Part shown: in pieces, positions 26,630-32,849 of the stretch
How the letters are laid out: each line of letters starts with the position of its first letter
Numbering within the stretch: the first letter of the stretch is position 1
Assembly (NCBI GenBank): GCA_009704445.1
Contig: WLED01000001.1
Span: forward strand, 1 to 32,849
Length of the DNA: 32,849 nucleotides
Source of the DNA: Actinomycetota bacterium
Lineage (GTDB): Bacteria > Actinomycetota > Actinomycetes > Nanopelagicales > Nanopelagicaceae
Direction: 5' to 3'
Position numbers and translations under genes: made by a program
Notes under the pieces: model-generated
The model's database searches: none
What the model was told of the DNA's origin: nothing
The model's input: only the letters and a program-made list of their open reading frames with translations

Positions 26630-28330
26630 TTAGAGACCTAGATCAGATTCAAACGCGCCACCTTCTAGACGCTCTTTAAGAGTAGTTAAGAATCGAGCTG
26701 CATCTGCTCCATCAACTACTCGATGATCATAAGAAAGTGCAAGATAGACCATAGATCTAATTGCAATACTTTCTCCACCGTCATCACCTTTAACAACCAT
26801 GGGACGCTTTACAACTGCGCCAAGTCCAAGAATTGCTACTTGTGGTTGACTGATAATAGGAGTGTCAAATAGAGCTCCGCGACTTCCAGTATTAGTCAGT
26901 GTGAAAGTTCCACCACCTAATTCATCCGGTGTTACTTTGTTATCGCGTGTGCGCGCTGCAAGATCTGCAATCTTTCTCGCCACTGCGCCCATGTTGAGAT
27001 CGCCGGCATTTGCAATTACTGGCACCAATAGGCCACGTTCTGTATCAACAGCAATTCCCAGATGCTCGGCACCATGGTAGGTAATTTGATCGCCTTCAAC
27101 TGAAGAATTCAATACTGGATGCTGTTTTAACGCTTCACACACGGCAACAGCAAAGAATGGAAGGAATGACAGTTTCACACCTTCACGATTTTCGAAGCTA
27201 GCTTTAGCGCGATCACGCAATCTTGAAATCTTTGTGACATCTACTTCTACAACGGTAGTTAACTGAGCACTTACCTGAAGAGATTCAACCATGCGCGCTG
27301 CGATTACTTTGCGAAGGCGTGACATGGTGACGGTTGTTCCACGAAGTGGTGAGATCGTAACGGCGGAAGTTCGAGCTGCAGTAGGAGCGGGCGCAACAGC
27401 AGGTGAACTTGCTACATGTGCAGCAGCCGCTGGACGAGCCGCCTCTACATCTTCTCGTCGAATTCGACCACCGATGCCAGTTCCTTTAACGTTAGAGAGA
27501 TTAACCCCTAATTCGGATGCGAGTTTGCGCACTAGGGGAGTGACATATGCATCTTGAGGTTGAGCAACTTGTGCTGCAACAACTGGTGCAACAACCGGCG
27601 CTGCAACTGGAGGTGTAACAACCGGCGCTGCAGGCGCTGCAACAACTGGAGGCGCAACAACCGGTGCTGCAGGGACAACAACTGCTCCGGCAGATCCGAT
27701 TAAACCTAATCTTGCTCCGACGGGCACGGTTGTATCAACTGCTACATCAATCGCTAATAATGTGCCAGCGACAGGTGAGGGAATCTCTGTATCTACTTTG
27801 TCTGTTGAAACCTCTAGCAATGCTTCATCAGCTGCAACCGTATCGCCGATGTTTTTTAACCATCGAGTAACTGTTCCTTCACTGACACTTTCTCCTAGAG
27901 CAGGCATGGTAATTATTGTGCCTGCAGAATTAGAAGTTGGTGCTGGCGCAACGGGTGCCGCAACAACGGGTGCCGCAACAACGGGTGCCGCAACAACGGG
28001 TTCCGCAACAACGGGTGCCGCAACAACGGGTTCCGCAACAACGGGTGCCGCAACAACGGGTGCCGCAACTGTAGATGACGCGCTTGCTGAAGCACCATCT
28101 GAGATCACTGCAAGTTCTGCACCAACGGGAACTGTCTGGTCTACCTGAACAACAATTTTCTGGAGTGTTCCAGAAACTGGTGAAGGAATCTCGGTGTCAA
28201 CTTTATCGGTAGAAACTTCTAGAAGTGGCTCATCAACATTTACATGATCGCCTTCAGCCTTTAACCAACGAGTTACTGTTCCCTCGCTAACACTTTCACC
28301 AAGTGCTGGCATCGTTACAGAAAATGTCAT
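26630..28330 (-). CDS. sucB: 2-oxoacid dehydrogenase E2 dihydrolipoamide acyltransferase with two lipoyl domains (SucB/DlaT)
   Basis: Two 'EVSTDKVDTE' lipoyl domains, E3-binding 'YVTPLVRKLA...GTGIGGRI' and catalytic 'DHRVVDG'. Confidence 0.93.
   Translation of the reverse strand: MTFSVTMPALGESVSEGTVTRWLKAEGDHVNVDEPLLEVSTDKVDTEIPSPVSGTLQKIVVQVDQTVPVGAELAVISDGASASASSTVAAPVVAAPVVAEPVVAAPVVAEPVVAAPVVAAPVVAAPVAPAPTSNSAGTIITMPALGESVSEGTVTRWLKNIGDTVAADEALLEVSTDKVDTEIPSPVAGTLLAIDVAVDTTVPVGARLGLIGSAGAVVVPAAPVVAPPVVAAPAAPVVTPPVAAPVVAPVVAAQVAQPQDAYVTPLVRKLASELGVNLSNVKGTGIGGRIRREDVEAARPAAAAHVASSPAVAPAPTAARTSAVTISPLRGTTVTMSRLRKVIAARMVESLQVSAQLTTVVEVDVTKISRLRDRAKASFENREGVKLSFLPFFAVAVCEALKQHPVLNSSVEGDQITYHGAEHLGIAVDTERGLLVPVIANAGDLNMGAVARKIADLAARTRDNKVTPDELGGGTFTLTNTGSRGALFDTPIISQPQVAILGLGAVVKRPMVVKGDDGGESIAIRSMVYLALSYDHRVVDGADAARFLTTLKERLEGGAFESDLGL
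27951..28070. repeat. 8 x 15-bp tandem repeat ACGGGT(G/T)CCGCAACA within the E2 linker
   Basis: Eight contiguous units counted directly, the last ending in T. They encode (VAAPV/VAEPV)x8 on the minus strand. Confidence 0.97.
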
Positions 28331-28346
28331 TATCTTCTCCTAGTGG

Positions 28347-29714
28347 TTATCCGTGTGCGTGAAGTGGTTTGCCGGCAAGTGCCATATGGGCCTCGCCCAT
28401 AGCTTCTGAAAGTGTTGGATGTGCATGAATCAATGGAGCAACATCACTAGCGCGTGCTTCCCAGTTATAAATTAATTCGGCCTCTGCGAGTAATTCGCCA
28501 ACGCGTGCACCAACCATATGTATACCCAAAACTGGGCCATCCTTTTGTGCAACTAATTTAATTGAGCCAGAGGTGTTAAGAATCTGTGCTTTTCCATTTC
28601 CGGCTAAGTCATAGGTTAGTTCTACGACATCGTGGCCACGATTTTTGGCCTCAGCAGTCGTTAGACCAACAGATGCAACTTCAGGGTCTGAATAGGTGAC
28701 ACGAGGAATACCATCGTAATTAATTGGACGAGGGTTTAACCCTGCGATTTCCTCTGCAACTAAAATACCCTCTGCAAATCCAACATGGGCCAACTGCAAT
28801 GTCGGGATCAAATCACCAACTGCCCATATACCTGGAATATTTGTTCGGCATTTATCGTCAACAATCACGTAGCCACGATCCATAGTTATGCCTTGCTCTT
28901 GGTATCCAATATTGTCCGAGACGGGTCCGCGACCCACGGCAACCATCAATAACTCAGCTGTTAATGACTTACCGTCTTCTAATGTAACGGTCACATCTTT
29001 TTTGTTCTTAACAGCTGAAGCGAATCTAACGCCTAACTCAAGATTAATCCCACGCTTGCGGAATGCTCGTTCTAGCTGCTTGCTTGAGGATTCGTCTTCA
29101 AGTGCAATCAAACGGGGTAGTCCTTCAACAATTGTGACTTCACTACCAAATGACTTCCAGACTGAGGCGAATTCAGAACCAATAACGCCGCCACCAAGAA
29201 CAATGACGCTTTTTGGAACATAGTTCAACTTAGTTCCATGATCGGAGGTGATAATTCTTTCTCCGTCAATTTCTAAACCAGGAAGAGTTTTCGCATAAGA
29301 ACCTGTTGCAAGAACAATGTTCTTGCCGGTGTACTTAACTCCTGCCACTTCGACAGTATCTCTTGCAACTAACTTTCCATGGCCTTCGACAAAAACAATA
29401 CCTCTAGATTTAACAAGCCCCGATAGTCCTTTGTACAACTTATTAATGACGCCGTCCTTGTACGCGTTGACCCCATCCATATCCATGCCATTGAGTGTTG
29501 ATTTAACCCCAAACTTTGAACCTTCACGAGCACCATCTGCTATTTCAGCCGAATGTAGAAGTGCCTTAGTTGGGATGCATCCTCTGTGAAGGCAAGTTCC
29601 GCCGACTTTGTCCGATTCGATGAGTGCGACCGTTAGGCCTAGTTGCGCTCCTCTTAAGGCTGCGGCATAACCACCACTTCCACCACCAAGGATTACAAGA
29701 TCGAATTGCGACAC
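28347..29714 (-). CDS. lpdA: Dihydrolipoyl dehydrogenase (E3)
   Basis: 'GGGSGGY', redox disulfide 'GGTCLHRGCIPTK' and 'HAHPTLSE'. SD GAGAGGAG before the GTG. Confidence 0.96.
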   Translation of the reverse strand: MSQFDLVILGGGSGGYAAALRGAQLGLTVALIESDKVGGTCLHRGCIPTKALLHSAEIADGAREGSKFGVKSTLNGMDMDGVNAYKDGVINKLYKGLSGLVKSRGIVFVEGHGKLVARDTVEVAGVKYTGKNIVLATGSYAKTLPGLEIDGERIITSDHGTKLNYVPKSVIVLGGGVIGSEFASVWKSFGSEVTIVEGLPRLIALEDESSSKQLERAFRKRGINLELGVRFASAVKNKKDVTVTLEDGKSLTAELLMVAVGRGPVSDNIGYQEQGITMDRGYVIVDDKCRTNIPGIWAVGDLIPTLQLAHVGFAEGILVAEEIAGLNPRPINYDGIPRVTYSDPEVASVGLTTAEAKNRGHDVVELTYDLAGNGKAQILNTSGSIKLVAQKDGPVLGIHMVGARVGELLAEAELIYNWEARASDVAPLIHAHPTLSEAMGEAHMALAGKPLHAHG

Positions 29715-29906
29715 AGACGACTCCTCTCAACTTACAAAAAATCAATCAGCTATTCGTTCATTACAAATTCTTGAGACACGCGTGTAGGTCCTGATTGTCT
29801 GGTGTCACTTGAATCTCTAGGGCCTATCTTGCCCCACATTGGGTCAAAGTTCACAATGCAAGCAAGGCGAGCAGAGACAGATTAGTCACCACTTCAGATA
29901 GAACGC

Positions 29907-31397
29907 TTATCCCTGTTCAGCCAAGGTCACAAGTGTGCGAAAGGCCACGCCAGTACCACCCACCGGTGTGTACCCGTGAGCCTTTCCTTCGTTAAAGGCT
30001 GGCCCAGCAATATCTAGGTGCAACCATGGCGTTTCAGGGGCGACAAATTCCTTAAGGAAAAGTCCTGCAACCAACATTCCACCCATTCGGTCACCGATGT
30101 TTGCTAAGTCTGCAACTTGTGAATCCAAAGATGCACGCAGTTCTTCTGGTAACGGCATGGGCCAGAACTGTTCACCGCTTATTGAGGCGCATTCTAAAAA
30201 TGCTTTACTAAATTCTTGATTGTTTGTCATGACTGCACTTGTTCGCGTTCCTAATGCCACAACTTGAGCGCCCGTAAGGGTGGCCACATCGACAATTCCA
30301 TCTAACTTATTCTTGGTTGACTGAGCCTTAACTAACGCATCTGCCAGAACTAATCGTCCCTCAGCATCTGGATTAAGTACCTCGACTGTCTTACCGCCAA
30401 AAATTGAAATAATGTCACTTGGTCGAACAGCGGTGTCACTTGGCATGTTCTCGGCTAGAGGGGCCCACATTTCTATAGCAACTGGGAGTTTAAGTTTTGC
30501 AATCGCCAAGACTGCTGCGCAAACAGCGGCAGCCCCACTCATGTCTGATTTCATTGCTTCCATACCTGCGGCGGGCTTTAGTGCCAAGCCACCCGTATCA
30601 AAGGTGATTCCCTTTCCAATAAATGCATATCGCTTGGAAGCTTTTGTTGAGGGAGTGTAGGAAACATGAAGAAGTCGTGGGGGATTGGCAGAACCTTGGC
30701 CTACACCGACTATTCCACCGAATCCCTGACTCTTGAGTGCTTTCTCATCCCAAATTTGAACTTTCAACCCCGACTTAGCGCCTCCAGCTGATTTAACTTC
30801 CTCTGAAATTTTCTTACTGAACCTATCGGGAGTTAAGTAGCTCGGCGGCATATTAATTAAGTCACGCGCCAATGATGCATATTGCGCAATTATCTCTGCT
30901 CGCGAAACTGCGACTTTACCTTGGGCATTGTTTGATAGTTTTGAAAAAATCGTAATATTTTTAATGGGATCTTTGTGATTACTCTTTGTAGTGCCTTTAA
31001 AGTCAGTGAAGTTGTATGCCCCAAGAGCTGCACCCTCTGCTACAGCAGCAATTTCGACGGTTTTTCTCGCAGGCAGTGAGAATGTCACAGAAGTGTTTCC
31101 ATGTAATTCACGTGCTGCACTTCCTGCAGCTCTCCTCAGTGTTTCATGTGAATATGTGGACGACTTTGGTCCAAGACCTGTAAAGACCATTAATCTCACG
31201 AGAGAACCTGGAACTTTGATCACCTCATCGGCTTTTCCTGTTGCGCCCATGTCTAATAACTGTGTAATCATCTTTTTGGTATCAATCACCATGTCTCCAG
31301 ATTCAATGGCCAATCCGCCTTTTGTGGTGGTCGAAGCCAATCCAAGAACCAAGACTTCATCTTTGATTACGCCATCTGAGATCTTTACTCTGCTCAT
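29907..31397 (-). CDS. pepA: Leucyl aminopeptidase (M17)
   Basis: 'GKGITFDTGG', 'MKSDMSGAA', 'NPDAEGRL', 'VATLTGA' and 'HLDIAG'. Likely start is ATG at 31397 (TAGGCT-N7-ATG), which avoids overlap with gcvT. Confidence 0.94.
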   Translation of the reverse strand: MSRVKISDGVIKDEVLVLGLASTTTKGGLAIESGDMVIDTKKMITQLLDMGATGKADEVIKVPGSLVRLMVFTGLGPKSSTYSHETLRRAAGSAARELHGNTSVTFSLPARKTVEIAAVAEGAALGAYNFTDFKGTTKSNHKDPIKNITIFSKLSNNAQGKVAVSRAEIIAQYASLARDLINMPPSYLTPDRFSKKISEEVKSAGGAKSGLKVQIWDEKALKSQGFGGIVGVGQGSANPPRLLHVSYTPSTKASKRYAFIGKGITFDTGGLALKPAAGMEAMKSDMSGAAAVCAAVLAIAKLKLPVAIEMWAPLAENMPSDTAVRPSDIISIFGGKTVEVLNPDAEGRLVLADALVKAQSTKNKLDGIVDVATLTGAQVVALGTRTSAVMTNNQEFSKAFLECASISGEQFWPMPLPEELRASLDSQVADLANIGDRMGGMLVAGLFLKEFVAPETPWLHLDIAGPAFNEGKAHGYTPVGGTGVAFRTLVTLAEQG

Positions 31398-31404
31398 ATA
31401 GCCA

Positions 31405-31429
31405 AGCCTATTAGAACTCTTGATAGGTT
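31405..31429. promoter_or_regulatory. Back-to-back -10 elements for leaderless pepA (minus, TAGGCT) and gcvT (plus, TAGGTT)
   Basis: Each TANNNT lies 6-7 nt before its ATG in a 38-bp intergenic gap with no SD. Confidence 0.65.
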
Positions 31430-31435
31430 TGCACA

Positions 31436-32524
31436 ATGAACACTTCACCACTCAACGAAAAACATCTTGCCCTTAGGGCCAAGATGTCAGATTTTGGTGG
31501 CTGGATGATGCCAATTGAATATCCCGGATGCGGAGTTCTTGTAGAGCATCTGGCTGTTCGTGAGCGAGTAGGAATGTTTGATGTATCCCACCTCGGAAAA
31601 GCTTCAGTTGTGGGTTCAGGTGCACTAGATTTTCTTAACTCCATTCTTACCAACGATCTGCGAAAGATTGGTAATGGGGCCGCTCAGTACACACTTTTGT
31701 GTGATGAGAATGGTGGTGTTGTCGATGATTTGATTGCATATCGAACGAGCGAAGAAGACTTCTTTCTCATACCTAACGCTTCAAATACAACTGAAGTCGT
31801 AAAAGTTCTTCACAATAAGGCCCCTATGGGTATAACGATTAAGAATTTACATAAAGATTATGCCGTTATTGCCCTTCAAGGACCACTAGCCCCAAAGGTG
31901 CTAGAAAAACTTCGAGTTAAAACTGAAATTGAATACATGGCTTTTTCTAAGAAGTTGATTGGAGAAGCTGAAGTAATTATCTGTAGAACTGGTTATACGG
32001 GTGAGTTGGGCTTTGAGATCATTCCTAAAGTTGGAGATGCAAGCCTTGTTTGGGATTGCTTAGCCGATGCAATGAAGGAGTTTGACGGAGTTATATGCGG
32101 TCTTGGTGCAAGAGACACACTAAGAACTGAGATGGGATACCCACTTCATGGGCATGAACTTTCACTCCAGATATCTCCATTGGAGGCCAATGCATCATGG
32201 GCGGTGGGCTGGAACAAAGATGAGTTTTCTGGTTCGAAGTTTTTAAAAAGTCAAAAAGAGATAGGAGCGGAGTATAGATCTATAGCCTTGAGATCTTTGG
32301 ACAGAAACATTCCACGAGCTGGTATGGATGTAAAAAACTCAAATGGTCAGATAGTTGGACAGGTTACAAGCGGAACTTATTCTCCTTCACTAAAGCACGG
32401 TATTGCATTGGCTAGGGTGAAAACCTCGGTATTAATTGGAGAAAAGTTAGTGGTGGATGTTCGTGGCAGAGAAGCAAGTGTTGAAGTTGTAAAACTTCCA
32501 TTTGTAACTTCTAACGTTCGGTAA
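31436..32524 (+). CDS. gcvT: Glycine cleavage system aminomethyltransferase T
   Basis: 'FGGWMMP', 'GMFDVSHLG', 'GGVVDD', 'ALQGP', 'RTGYTGE' and 'GLGARDTLRTEMGYPLHG'. Confidence 0.96.
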   Translation: MNTSPLNEKHLALRAKMSDFGGWMMPIEYPGCGVLVEHLAVRERVGMFDVSHLGKASVVGSGALDFLNSILTNDLRKIGNGAAQYTLLCDENGGVVDDLIAYRTSEEDFFLIPNASNTTEVVKVLHNKAPMGITIKNLHKDYAVIALQGPLAPKVLEKLRVKTEIEYMAFSKKLIGEAEVIICRTGYTGELGFEIIPKVGDASLVWDCLADAMKEFDGVICGLGARDTLRTEMGYPLHGHELSLQISPLEANASWAVGWNKDEFSGSKFLKSQKEIGAEYRSIALRSLDRNIPRAGMDVKNSNGQIVGQVTSGTYSPSLKHGIALARVKTSVLIGEKLVVDVRGREASVEVVKLPFVTSNVR

Positions 32525-32538
32525 TTTTCTTCCTTAAG

Positions 32539-32849
32539 TTATCTGTTGAGCACTCGAGACTGAGTGAATTCAATAGGAGCAACGAATGCAGCTCTGGAAT
32601 GGGTTCGATAGAGAGCGGAGAGAATTGGTCGCCCCGTAACAAGAATCAGTGAGGCGGTGAAGATTGCTCTTGGGACATCCCAGGCCATTGCCGTTAAGAA
32701 ATGAAAGGTGAAAAACCTAGATAAGTTCTCACTCAGCAACCCTCCTGGAATATATGAAAGCTGTGTACCTGTGCCCAGTGCCCAAGGCCAGAACTGAAGA
32801 TCCATCAAAATCCCAAAAAGCATCGCTGCAATAGCGCCATAAATTGCTA
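32539..32849 (-). CDS. ECF transporter S component, 5'-truncated by the window edge
   Basis: Frame is open to the edge (AIYGAIAAMLFGILMDLQFWPW...). 'WDVPRA' and 'GRPIL' resemble actinobacterial ECF S components. Confidence 0.7.
   Translation of the reverse strand, partial: AIYGAIAAMLFGILMDLQFWPWALGTGTQLSYIPGGLLSENLSRFFTFHFLTAMAWDVPRAIFTASLILVTGRPILSALYRTHSRAAFVAPIEFTQSRVLNR

Noticed and set aside
27951-28070. CRISPR array
   Set aside because: The 15-bp units are contiguous with no spacers and lie in frame within sucB.
27762-28148. Plus-strand ORF with ATTGA repeats, and the alternate-frame LRHPL ORF at 27913-28098
   Set aside because: Shadow frames of the sucB linker repeat, with no independent initiation signals.
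30991-31401. Other 60-136-aa ORFs antisense to or overlapping core genes throughout the window
   Set aside because: They lie within confidently identified genes and have no domain signatures.

Overview
A gene-dense chromosomal segment from an actinobacterium. Compact or overlapping genes, moderate GC, many apparently leaderless starts and the gene content suggest a streamlined freshwater acI lineage (Ca. Planktophila/Nanopelagicus-like; this is inference). It has three blocks. (1) 1-7656: GT4 glycosyltransferase, NarL-type two-component pair, acyl-CoA ligase, SRPBCC protein, ROK glucokinase and PlsC. (2) 7692-16361, a more accessory middle: stand-alone Cas4/RecB-like nuclease, padR-ino1, an unknown membrane protein with a Cys/His-tailed solo LuxR regulator and a structured intergenic leader, a crotonase plus SDR pair, CopC, an NCS1 permease and NhaA. 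(3) 16421-32849: the conserved actinobacterial glnA-RDD-DUF4191-lipA-lipB-...-TIGR01777-sucB/dlaT-lpdA-pepA-gcvT block, with an inserted acyltransferase and an MMPL/oxidoreductase unit. I found no rRNA, tRNA, CRISPR array or transposase. The best leads are: the LuxR(CxH-x10-CxxH)/structured leader/membrane protein module, a sensor-less and internally shortened 163-aa histidine kinase coupled to an acyl-CoA ligase, the solo 4-Cys PD-(D/E)XK nuclease, a leaderless 19-aa uORF coupled to the MMPL gene, and an 8 x 15-bp VNTR in the E2 linker.
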